This document shows, one piece after another, positions 1 to 8,673 of a stretch of DNA of 59,859 bases. The position numbers and the translations under genes are program-made. Numbering within the stretch: position 1 is the stretch's first letter; each line of letters begins with the position of its first letter. This DNA is from Candidatus Levyibacteriota bacterium (GTDB lineage: Bacteria; Patescibacteriota; Microgenomatia; Levybacterales; GWA1-39-11), in the NCBI GenBank assembly GCA_036788695.1, contig DAIQMY010000001.1:1-59859 (forward strand), in the 5' to 3' direction. The notes beneath the pieces were generated by a model. That model did no database searches. It was not told the DNA's origin and saw nothing but the letters and a program-made list of their open reading frames with translations.

Positions 1-72
1 GCCTTCTTAGCTCAGCGGTAGAGCAGCTGTTTTGTAAACAGCAGGTCGCGGGTTCGAATCCCACAGAAGGCT
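1..72 (+). tRNA. tRNA-Thr(TGT)
   Basis: Cloverleaf folded by eye: acceptor GCCTTCT/AGAAGGC, anticodon stem GCTGT/ACAGC with loop TTTGTAA, T-loop TTCGAAT. No encoded CCA. Confidence 0.97.
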
Positions 73-302
73 CACTACTATTTCTGCATTTATATATTTG
101 CTACCTGAAATAATCTACTTCCTAGCCAAAGCAGATTCTTGTGGTGCCCTTTTGAGGATAGGCAAAATAGCATATTGAAACGTGGACATTCGGGCAATTT
201 TCCGAATGAAATCATACACAAATACCCTTGCGTATAAAAAATAGCGGTTATACTTCTGCCTAAACTTACTTCAAAAATACGTAAACTAACTAAAAATTAC
301 TT

Positions 303-434
303 TTATTGCGGAACAACAAACCAAAACTCAAAAATCTTTGAGATGCTAAAGCTCTTCTTCTTCACTCCTCCACTGCGTGAAACCTTCCGTCTGGATACAG
401 CTTTCTTTGATTTAGATTTTTGGGCAGTTTTCAT
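303..434 (-). CDS. small basic protein (43 aa), below ORF-track cutoff
   Basis: Manual translation MKTAQKSKSKKAVSRRKVSRSGGVKKKSFSISKIFEFWFVVPQ*; ATG start, K/S/R-rich N-terminus, hydrophobic C-terminus. Confidence 0.5.
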   Translation of the reverse strand: MKTAQKSKSKKAVSRRKVSRSGGVKKKSFSISKIFEFWFVVPQ

Positions 435-768
435 TTTTTATTTTTCCGTTTTTTTCTTTTTCAATTGAGTTAATTTGTAGCGCTTTTAACTCTCTAAAAC
501 TGTGAAAAGTTTTTTGAAACTTAAATTAGTAAACAACTTTTGTAAACACTTGTCAATAGGTAAAAGGGTTAAATTGAATAGAAAATGTATACATAGATAT
601 ATATAATTTCAAAGCTAAAATATAGCTATTTTTAAAATATATGCATACTAATATAAAAATTCACTATAAAAATACGGTCTGTGAAAAGCTAAGTATTTAT
701 ACTGTTTTTTAATGGAAAAATGTGAAAACGTTGTAGGTTAGTGGTATATACGATAGGGGGAGGATTGG

Positions 769-960
769 ATGAGAAGAACAGCAAAATGCTGCTTTAAGAG
801 ATATACTCTTTCTTCTTCCAATCCACCCCCGGATCGCACTTTTACATCAGACCTTCCGATAAAAACACACGCGTGTTGTGCTTTATCAGATAGTTCTGAT
901 GCTGTTCTTGCTTCTTCAGAAGCTCGGGCTGGGAAATCAAATCACTTTGACTTCTCCTGA
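769..960 (+). CDS. possible small hypothetical protein
   Basis: Strong GGGGGAGG Shine-Dalgarno about 6 nt upstream of ATG, but no recognisable domain and it overlaps minus-strand ORFs. Confidence 0.25.
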   Translation: MRRTAKCCFKRYTLSSSNPPPDRTFTSDLPIKTHACCALSDSSDAVLASSEARAGKSNHFDFS

Positions 961-1182
961 TTGAATAGCCTCTATAAGTTCCCTCCAGTCTATAGGGAAA
1001 AAGAAATGCGTTTTTCCAAGGATAGTCCAATCGACCTCCTCTTTTATGAACCTAGTTCCTTCAAGCTTTTGCCTTAGGGCATCAACGTTTGTCTCTAAGA
1101 GACTTATGAAATCTTCATCACTGAAGACTCCTTGGGCTGCGCTGATTGCCAGACGTGCCTCTTCCCGCGTGAGCGTGATCAT
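937..1182 (-). CDS. small hypothetical protein (81 aa), paralog of 1249..1466
   Basis: AAGGAG RBS 8 nt upstream of ATG; shares N-terminal MIxxTxEEA and C-terminal WxExxxAIxxGExKV with the neighbouring locus. Confidence 0.6.
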   Translation of the reverse strand: MITLTREEARLAISAAQGVFSDEDFISLLETNVDALRQKLEGTRFIKEEVDWTILGKTHFFFPIDWRELIEAIQSGEVKVI

Positions 1183-1248
1183 GTCCGTATCTCCTTTACT
1201 TTGGTGTGCTGCTCGAATGGTTACGAACCCGATTGGTGGAAGACTTAA

Positions 1249-1466
1249 TTAAGTCACGACCTTGATCTCTCCATCCAGAATTGCCCGATAAATCTCATCC
1301 CATTGAAGTTCTGAACGGTAGATACCCGATATTTTCTTACGAATACTCACTACATGATATGCATCATGTAATTTACGCTCAGACATTTCCCACGAAATTG
1401 CCTCGCCTACGCTTTTTGGCTCGTTTGCCAAGTATCAGATGCTTCTTCCTGGGTAAAGATAATCAA
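1249..1466 (-). pseudogene. frameshifted small paralog
   Basis: GAGGAGG RBS 6 nt before TTG at 1466 gives MIIFTQEEASDTWQTSQKA*; the homologous C-terminus (ORF 1249..1431) is in another frame. One extra base, e.g. in the A5 run, would restore about 72 aa. Confidence 0.5.
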
Positions 1467-1695
1467 CTTAATCCTCCTCTTCCGTCTACTATATAGATGG
1501 CGGTATACACATTATCTATAAATATATGCGTATAACGCCACCTACATACTGCAAGAACATGTTAATGTGCGATGAAAAAATCATTCAGGCGCAAGGTGCC
1601 ATGCAAAACGGCACAGTGATCCTAAAAGAGGTTCGTAGTATATCAAAAAAGGCTAAATCTATCAAACTATCGGATGTAAAATATGCTGTGCTATG

Positions 1696-1768
1696 AGCCA
1701 CTTCCGGGATTCGAACCCGGGACTTACTCTTTACGAAAGAGTTACTCTACCAACTGAGTTAAAGTGGC
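1696..1768 (-). tRNA. tRNA-Thr(CGT)
   Basis: Reverse complement folds: acceptor GCCACTT/AAGTGGC, anticodon stem ACTCT/AGAGT with loop TTCGTAA, T arm CCGGG-TTCGAAT-CCCGG. Confidence 0.97.
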
Positions 1769-2119
1769 TAATTTTTCTCAATTTTACCATACTTTGTAAT
1801 AGTTTTATGACTTGCAAAGAACAATCTTTAGATTTATACTATTTCTGCTCTCAGGTTGGGGAAAGCGGTATGTTTTCCTCTACACCTTTTCCGAATAGGG
1901 TATGCATTTTTGCAAATAAAATGTTTTTGGATGTACTCTGCGGAGTATTTTCAGCATTCTCCCGCTTAAGAGTTCGGGGAAGCACCAATTTCTCTGCCTT
2001 GAGGGCGAATTTATTTATCTCAAAATAGGTTTTAAACTACTAGATACCTTTTCTACATTAGCTTAACCCAACCCTCTTTTCTCTTGACTTTTTCCCATTG
2101 TTTTCGCCATAGTAATGAT

Positions 2120-3499
2120 ATGGTAGACAAATTTTTTTCCAAGAAATCTGTAGAACGAGTTGCCCAAGCTCCTGCCTATATACTTGATAAAACTGTTACC
2201 TCCTCCCAAAAGATAGGAGAGCTGACCGTAAATAAGCCCGCACGAAACGCGAAAAAATACTGGCAAAGCTTAGGTCCTGGCCTTACCACAGGAGCGGCAG
2301 ATGACGATCCATCAGGAATCGCTACTTACTCACAGGTCGGAGCACGCTATGGTTTTCAACTTGCCTGGCTTGCGCTTTTTACATTTCCTCTCATGGCAAT
2401 TGTCCAGGAAATGTGCGCCAGAATTGGGTTAGTCACAGGACGTGGATTATCTGCAAATATCAGACGCCATTTCCCCCCATGGGCACTTTATGCATGCACA
2501 ATACTCTTACTAGGAGCAAATACGTTTAATATTGGTGCTGACCTTGGAGCAATGGCAAGCGCTTCACGACTGCTATTTCCTCAAGTAAATTTTATTCTTC
2601 TTCTTGTGTTCTTTACATTTATAAGTATCGCGCTTCAGGTATTCACCAGTTATGAAAAGTATGCAAAGTATCTTAAGTGGATGGCGCTTATCCTCCTTTC
2701 CTATGTCTTATCCGCATTTACTATAAAGCTTGATTTTGGAAGCCTATTACAAAATACATTTATTCCCACAATCACCTTCTCACGCGAACAACTTTTCCTT
2801 ATTTGTGCAGTTTTAGGTACAACAATTTCCCCATATCTTTTCTTTTGGCAAACATCTCAAGAAGTTGAAGAAGAAATACTGAAAGGAAAAACAACCATAG
2901 CACAGCGCGCTGCATCTACCACCCCCGCTCAGGTTAAGCGTATGAGGCGAGATGTTTGGTCAGGCATGTTTGTATCAAATATTGTCATGTTCTTCATAAT
3001 TGCGGCGTGCGGAGCAACACTGTATGCAAACGGAATTTTTAATATTCAAACATCAGCAGACGCAGCGCAAGCCTTACGCCCAATTGCAGGAGACTATGCA
3101 TATCTTCTTTTTACGCTTGGAATTATTGGAACTGGTATGCTTGCGGTGCCAATTCTTGCAGGATCCTCTGCCTATGCCATATCTGAAGCACTCGAATGGA
3201 AATTTGGCTTACATCAAAAATTAAATGATGCCTATTCATTTTATGGAGTCATTATCTTCTCCATGATCGTGGGCTTATTCTTAAATCTTTTAGGTATTGA
3301 CCCTATACCTATGCTTATCTACTCCGCTGTTGCAAACGGTTTAATTGCTCCACTTATTCTTCTCTTTATTGTTCTTATATCAAGTGATAAAAAAATTATG
3401 GGTGAATGGGTAAATTCTAAACTTAATACAGCTATTGGATATGTCACCATATTTATCATGGGAGTTGCGGGTATTGCTACAATTCTTTCCTTTTTTTAA
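2120..3499 (+). CDS. NRAMP-family divalent metal transporter
   Basis: GPGLTTGAADDDPSGIATYSQVG and QEMCARIG motifs, many TM helices; start moved to ATG 2120 (uncertain). Confidence 0.9.
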   Translation: MVDKFFSKKSVERVAQAPAYILDKTVTSSQKIGELTVNKPARNAKKYWQSLGPGLTTGAADDDPSGIATYSQVGARYGFQLAWLALFTFPLMAIVQEMCARIGLVTGRGLSANIRRHFPPWALYACTILLLGANTFNIGADLGAMASASRLLFPQVNFILLLVFFTFISIALQVFTSYEKYAKYLKWMALILLSYVLSAFTIKLDFGSLLQNTFIPTITFSREQLFLICAVLGTTISPYLFFWQTSQEVEEEILKGKTTIAQRAASTTPAQVKRMRRDVWSGMFVSNIVMFFIIAACGATLYANGIFNIQTSADAAQALRPIAGDYAYLLFTLGIIGTGMLAVPILAGSSAYAISEALEWKFGLHQKLNDAYSFYGVIIFSMIVGLFLNLLGIDPIPMLIYSAVANGLIAPLILLFIVLISSDKKIMGEWVNSKLNTAIGYVTIFIMGVAGIATILSFF

Positions 3500-3505
3500 T
3501 AAAAC

Positions 3506-4282
3506 ATGGATATTTTAAATGCTGTTATTTTAGGAGTCATTGAAGGAATAACTGAATTTCTTCCTATCTCATCAACCGGGCACCTCATACTTGCCTCAAG
3601 ATTACTTGGGATTACATCTACTGATTTTCTAAAAAGCTTTGAGATCTTTATTCAGTCAGGAGCTATACTTGCAGTAATTCTTCTTTACTGGAAAGATATT
3701 TTTACAAAATTTGATTTACTCAAGAAGGTATTTATAGCCTTTATCCCAACTGCAGTAATAGGTCTTCTTTTCTATAAAATCTTAAAGGAGTACTTATTAG
3801 GAAATACAACCATCACGCTCCTCTCTCTTTTCTTAGGAGGTATTGCCTTAATCATTGTAGAATTGAGTTTTAAGAAACGGAAGATAGATGAACGGACCGT
3901 TACCCAGATAACATATAAAAACGCCATTCTAGTGGGTCTTATACAGTCTATTTCCATAATCCCCGGAGTCAGTCGCAGTGCTGCAAGCATCATAGGCGGA
4001 ATGCTTCTGGGAATGGATAGAAAAACTGCGGTGGAATTTTCTTTTTTACTTGCAATTCCAACGCTTTTGGCTGCAACTGGACTTGATCTCATAAAAACAA
4101 ATTTTTCATTCTCCTATGAAGAATGGACATATCTTGTAGCAGGGTTTCTTTCAAGTTTTATAGTAGCTGTACTCGTTATAAAGTGGCTTGTGTCATACGT
4201 TAAAAAATATACGTTTATTCCTTTTGGAATCTATAGAATAGCAATAGCCATCTTTCTCTTTGGTCTCTTCTTCCTAAGATAA
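3506..4282 (+). CDS. uppP: undecaprenyl-diphosphate phosphatase (BacA)
   Basis: GVIEGITEFLPISSTGHL and PGVSRS motifs. Confidence 0.97.
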   Translation: MDILNAVILGVIEGITEFLPISSTGHLILASRLLGITSTDFLKSFEIFIQSGAILAVILLYWKDIFTKFDLLKKVFIAFIPTAVIGLLFYKILKEYLLGNTTITLLSLFLGGIALIIVELSFKKRKIDERTVTQITYKNAILVGLIQSISIIPGVSRSAASIIGGMLLGMDRKTAVEFSFLLAIPTLLAATGLDLIKTNFSFSYEEWTYLVAGFLSSFIVAVLVIKWLVSYVKKYTFIPFGIYRIAIAIFLFGLFFLR

Positions 4283-4722
4283 TACATACCTGACACACTG
4301 AAAACCTTTTCCACTTAAGTGCTAGGTAAAAATCACCACCCTCAATTTATTAAAAATTGCCATCATTTGACCTATTTTGATATAACCATTTTAATGTGTG
4401 CAAACGTTAACATATTACAATTCACCCTATCCTAAAATAAACACAAGCTCTATATAAACACCCTGTTTTTAAAAAACAGAGAGTTTGCATCTTATAACCC
4501 TATAAGCACTTGGCTATAACTAACAGGTATAAGAAACTAAGAAATTTCCATCCTAAAATTAGTACTTATACGCTAACCATAAACCTCATGCACACGTGAT
4601 ACATCCTATATTTTATTTTTATTTTACTACGGGATTATTTTTATTCTTTCAAATTTACATATTATAAGACTATTCAATTTACCCCTATAGTTTAGCCTCA
4701 TTTTACCCTTGATTATTGCTGC

Positions 4723-4778
4723 TTGACATGTATGTTACCGTTTGCTAGTCTGTATATAGGTCTGATACAGACCCATAT
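4723..4778 (+). promoter_or_regulatory. sigma70 promoter plus palindromic operator candidate
   Basis: TTGACA (4723-4728), 17 nt, TG-C-TAGTCT (4746-4751); palindrome ATATaGGTCTG-ATA-CAGACCcATAT at 4754-4778. Confidence 0.65.
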
Positions 4779-4793
4779 CTTTAGATACTACTT

Positions 4794-5006
4794 ATGACTA
4801 CTCAAAACATATCAATCGAGAACCTACCTGATCTATTAACAGTTCGTGAAGTAGCCCAATTATTACGCGTTTCCCCTCTTACTATTAAACGTTGGGGGAA
4901 AAGAGGAAAATTACCTGCTATTAGAATCAACTCAAGAGGAGATAGAAGGTATAAAAAAGAAGCGGTTCTCTATCTACTTGGCATACAACAGAAGACTCAG
5001 TTGTAG
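4794..5006 (+). CDS. excisionase-like helix-turn-helix DNA-binding protein (HTH_17/MerR-like)
   Basis: LLTVREVAQLLRVSPLTIKRWGKRGKLPAIRI..GDRRY pattern. Confidence 0.9.
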   Translation: MTTQNISIENLPDLLTVREVAQLLRVSPLTIKRWGKRGKLPAIRINSRGDRRYKKEAVLYLLGIQQKTQL

Positions 5007-5092
5007 TTTATCTTCATAAATCAGCATAATCTTCTTTTTTGCGGTACTAAAAAAAGAAGCGGTTCTCTATCTACTTGGCATACAACAGAAGA
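4953..5092 (+). repeat. 43-bp exact duplication of the HTH gene 3' end
   Basis: 4953-4995 is identical to 5050-5092; CTTCTTTTTT (5031-5040) pairs with the first 10 nt of the copy. Confidence 0.95.
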
Positions 5093-5183
5093 TTACGTAT
5101 CTGCATAGATTAGATTTATTTATCAGTGCTTTCTATACTTGCCCCTTATTTAGACTTTTAAGACACTTTTAGGAAAAAGTGGG

Positions 5184-5909
5184 CTATTTAATTCTTGAAG
5201 AAAACATTTCCTTGAAGGATAGTATGCCAAAGCTAATTAAGGCTAATTGTCTTCTCCATCTCCATGGCTGACGGAGCAATCTATATAGCCACTCAAGGCC
5301 AAATTTTCTTAGAGTTTCTGGCGCACGCGGAACATTTCCTGAAATATAGTCAAATGAACCTCCTACTCCCATGGCTATTTTTACAGGAATATTGGGAAGA
5401 TTCTTATATATCCACTCTTCTTGCTTTGGGTAACCCATAGCAACAAATAATACGTCTATGTTTTTCCCCTTGATTTTGCTTTCATTCCATATGTCTGAAG
5501 CATATGAAACATTCAGCCCGGAGTATTTTTTTTGTAAGCGCTTGGAAGCAAGCTCTGCTATACCGGCTTGTCCCCCAAAAAATCCCACAGAATAAGCACT
5601 TTTTGATAGTTTACCGCACAGTTTTTCCATGAGGTCAACTCCTGTTACACGCTGTATATGTCCCTTACCCATCATATAGGCACAGATGGTAACACCTACT
5701 CCGTCAGGCAAGGCTACTTCAGCTTCATTGAGTATCTTTTGAAAGTCGGGATTCCTCCTTGCATACATAATGATTTCTGGGTTAGGGGTTGTTATTTGTG
5801 CTCTACTACTGTGTTTCTTCAGAAAATCTACTATGTACTCTAAGATAGAACTCTCTGATGAGGTTGTAATCTTTGTCCCTAATAGTTTTACTGATTCCAA
5901 TTTAGTCAT
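5184..5909 (-). CDS. WecB/TagA/CpsF family glycosyltransferase
   Basis: TPNPE, LPDGVG, RVTGVDL, VAMGYPKQEEW, GVGGSFD, RAP...GLEWLYRL motifs. Confidence 0.95.
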   Translation of the reverse strand: MTKLESVKLLGTKITTSSESSILEYIVDFLKKHSSRAQITTPNPEIIMYARRNPDFQKILNEAEVALPDGVGVTICAYMMGKGHIQRVTGVDLMEKLCGKLSKSAYSVGFFGGQAGIAELASKRLQKKYSGLNVSYASDIWNESKIKGKNIDVLFVAMGYPKQEEWIYKNLPNIPVKIAMGVGGSFDYISGNVPRAPETLRKFGLEWLYRLLRQPWRWRRQLALISFGILSFKEMFSSRIK

Positions 5910-6162
5910 ATATTATTATAAGCTTTTTTATTAATTATAATATGTGGTACATATATATAATTTATGTATAATTTAATTATACTTCAATTTGGGCTTAAAA
6001 AACAATCTTTTAACTATTTTTATGTAATTATTTTCAATTCTAAAAACGTCATTATTTTTAAGCAAATTATAAGATTCAATATTTATAACTATAGGGATAA
6101 TTCGTGAAAAGTGTGTGAAAAATATATAATATTTATTCATATTAGAGGATATATTGTTCATG

Positions 6163-6266
6163 AAGGTAAACGATTACCCCTAGTCATTTTTCATGAATGG
6201 AGCGTTTTAGTCTTGCCCCAGCAAGGTAAACGATTACCCCTAGTCATTTTTATTAATGGAGCGTTT
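6163..6266 (-). repeat. 60-bp-period duplication of the mreB 3' end
   Basis: 29 bp identical (6163-6191 = 6223-6251) plus 12 bp identical (6196-6207 = 6255-6266); spans the TAG stop. Confidence 0.95.
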
Positions 6267-7250
6267 ATACAGCTCCAAGTTTTCAAGCGCCACTCCCGTA
6301 CCTCTTACTACACAATATAACGGATCCTCAGCTACATAAGATGGCACTCCAGTCTCACGGGTTATATACTTATCTAGATTGTGTAAAAGGCTTGTCCCCC
6401 CTGATAATACAATTCCCTTATCTATAATATCTGAAGCCAACTCAGGAGGTGTTATCTCAAATGTTTCACGAATAGCCGCAACTATTTGTTTTACTACGGG
6501 TAATAATGCATCATTCACCTCTACATTGCTTATCTCAATTGATCTGGGGAGTCCACTTACACTATCCCTTCCCTTAATTTCCATAGTTTTTTTCTCACTT
6601 GTAGAATCTATAAGCGCTGTGCCTACTTTTATCTTAATTTCCTCGGCAGTTCTATCTCCAATAAGTAAGTTAAATCGTTTACGAACATAGTTTGAAATTG
6701 CCTCCTCAAGCTTGTTGCCTGCTGCCTTGATAGACTTGTGGACTACAACCCCTCCCAAAGATATAACTGCAATATCTGTAGTTCCTCCTCCACTATCTAA
6801 AATCATATGCCCATTTGCCTGGGCAATTGGTATTTTAGCTCCTATAGCAGCAGCTAAAGGTTCTTCTATCAGATAAACTGCGCGCGCGCCTGAAGCCATA
6901 GTTGCATCTAATACCGCTCTTTTTTCTACCTGGGTAACACCAGAAGGAATACAAACCATAACTTCAGGTTTTATAAATCGGGATCTACCGGATACCTTAT
7001 CTATAAAATATGCCAACATGTCTTGAGTAATAACATAGTCTGCAATGACCCCATCTTTAAGGGGTCTTGTCGCGACTATATTCCCGGGAGTTCTTCCTAA
7101 CATATCTTTTGCTTCTTGCCCTACAGCAACTACTTTATTATCATCTGCCCGAACAGCAACTACGGTAGGTTCGTTTAATACCACTCCTTCACCTGCAACA
7201 TACACAAGAATATTTGCGGTTCCAAGATCAATTCCAATTCGCTTTGACAT
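6240..7250 (-). CDS. mreB: rod shape-determining protein MreB
   Basis: IGIDLGTAN, EEPLAAAIGA, DSGGGTTD, LSGGTSLL; start set at MSKRIG (7250). Confidence 0.97.
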   Translation of the reverse strand: MSKRIGIDLGTANILVYVAGEGVVLNEPTVVAVRADDNKVVAVGQEAKDMLGRTPGNIVATRPLKDGVIADYVITQDMLAYFIDKVSGRSRFIKPEVMVCIPSGVTQVEKRAVLDATMASGARAVYLIEEPLAAAIGAKIPIAQANGHMILDSGGGTTDIAVISLGGVVVHKSIKAAGNKLEEAISNYVRKRFNLLIGDRTAEEIKIKVGTALIDSTSEKKTMEIKGRDSVSGLPRSIEISNVEVNDALLPVVKQIVAAIRETFEITPPELASDIIDKGIVLSGGTSLLHNLDKYITRETGVPSYVAEDPLYCVVRGTGVALENLELYKRSINKND

Positions 7251-7434
7251 GTTCCCAAAAAATTTCATAGATAAAAAATAATATATCAAATATGTACTTT
7301 ACTATATCAAGTAAGAGGTTTTTGTGCTTCTTATATATAAACACTTGTACAAAAAAGATGCAAGGGGGTAGCAAAGAGTATTATTTTGCATGGTCTGGTA
7401 AAATTTTCTGTTTCTGTTTATAATTGTTATCTAT

Positions 7435-8628
7435 ATGAAGCGAATTGTCATAAGTACCTTTATTATCCTTTTCTTAATTCTTCTGGGTACTACTTTTGGA
7501 ATATTTTATGCTCGGGGATATAGGTTTGATCTGAATAACCCAAAAAGTATTCTTGAAGGAACCGGTCTTCTTGTACTCACAAGTAAACCTGATGGCTCCC
7601 GCGTGTTTATTAATAACCATTTAACTACTGCTACAAATAACACAATTAATCTGGCTCCAGGAGTATATGAAGTAAGGATAGAGCAAGATGGATATTTTCC
7701 ATGGAGAAAAACAATAGAAATAAAAAATGAAGCAGTATCTCAAGCCAATGCAACACTTTTCCCAATTGCGCCTAGACTTGAGGCAGTAACCACAACCGGA
7801 GCACGAAATCCTGCCTTAGACGGCAGCGGAAGCATTATTGCCTATACCGTGTCATCAGCATCTGCAGATAAAAATGGAATTTATACACTTAATATGAGCG
7901 CCCCCGCTATATTCGCGCTTGGCGGCGGAGCAAACCAAATAACAAATGATCTTGTTGCCCCATTCTCAAACTCAAACCTTATATTCTCCCCTGACGGTAG
8001 CCAATTACTCTCATCTATTTCTGCAAATCTTGCAACACCCACAAATTATCTTTTATCAAGTAGATCATTCAACGCAAATCCAAAAGATATAACAACTACC
8101 CTTCCACAAGTCCTTGCTGATTGGGATAAACAAACACAGTTGGCAAATAAAAAAACTATAGACTCGCTCCCAAAAAAGATCAGAACAGTCGCTCGGGCAA
8201 ACTTTTCAAACCCTATTATTTCTCCTCTTGAAGATAAAATCCTATATACGGCCTCAACAAGTGCTGTACTGCCCGTTCTTATTAACCCTCGACTTCCCGG
8301 AACCAACTCTACGCCAGAAATTCGCTCAATTAAAAAGGGTGATATTTATGTTTATGATATGAAGGAAGATAGAAACTACCTTCTCTCAACAAAAGAGGAA
8401 GCACCTATGAAATTCATGTGGCTATCTGATTCGTCACATTTAGTCTATGCAAAAAATACAAAAATAAACATAGTAGAATTTGATGGACAAAACATAACAA
8501 CAGTATACGCAGGACCTTTTGTAGACAGCTTTGTTTTCCCCTGGCCAGATGGCTCTAGTCTTATTATACTCACTAACTTAAATATCCCTGACGCACCAAA
8601 CAACCTTTACCGCATCAGTCTCAGATAG
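7435..8628 (+). CDS. PEGA domain-containing membrane-anchored protein
   Basis: N-terminal TM then GLLVLTSKPDGSRVFIN...LAPGVYEVRIEQDGYFPW (PEGA); beta-propeller-like remainder. Confidence 0.8.
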   Translation: MKRIVISTFIILFLILLGTTFGIFYARGYRFDLNNPKSILEGTGLLVLTSKPDGSRVFINNHLTTATNNTINLAPGVYEVRIEQDGYFPWRKTIEIKNEAVSQANATLFPIAPRLEAVTTTGARNPALDGSGSIIAYTVSSASADKNGIYTLNMSAPAIFALGGGANQITNDLVAPFSNSNLIFSPDGSQLLSSISANLATPTNYLLSSRSFNANPKDITTTLPQVLADWDKQTQLANKKTIDSLPKKIRTVARANFSNPIISPLEDKILYTASTSAVLPVLINPRLPGTNSTPEIRSIKKGDIYVYDMKEDRNYLLSTKEEAPMKFMWLSDSSHLVYAKNTKINIVEFDGQNITTVYAGPFVDSFVFPWPDGSSLIILTNLNIPDAPNNLYRISLR

Positions 8629-8673
8629 AAAAGAGCTTACCTGTAGTTACTACTCCTACGCTTTTTATAGCCA

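Noticed and set aside
842-1030. 62-aa minus-strand ORF
   Set aside because: Overlaps 937..1182 in another frame; its apparent AGGAGG is coding sequence of that gene.
1693-2028. 111-aa plus-strand ORF
   Set aside because: Overlaps tRNA-Thr(CGT) in antisense and has no protein features.
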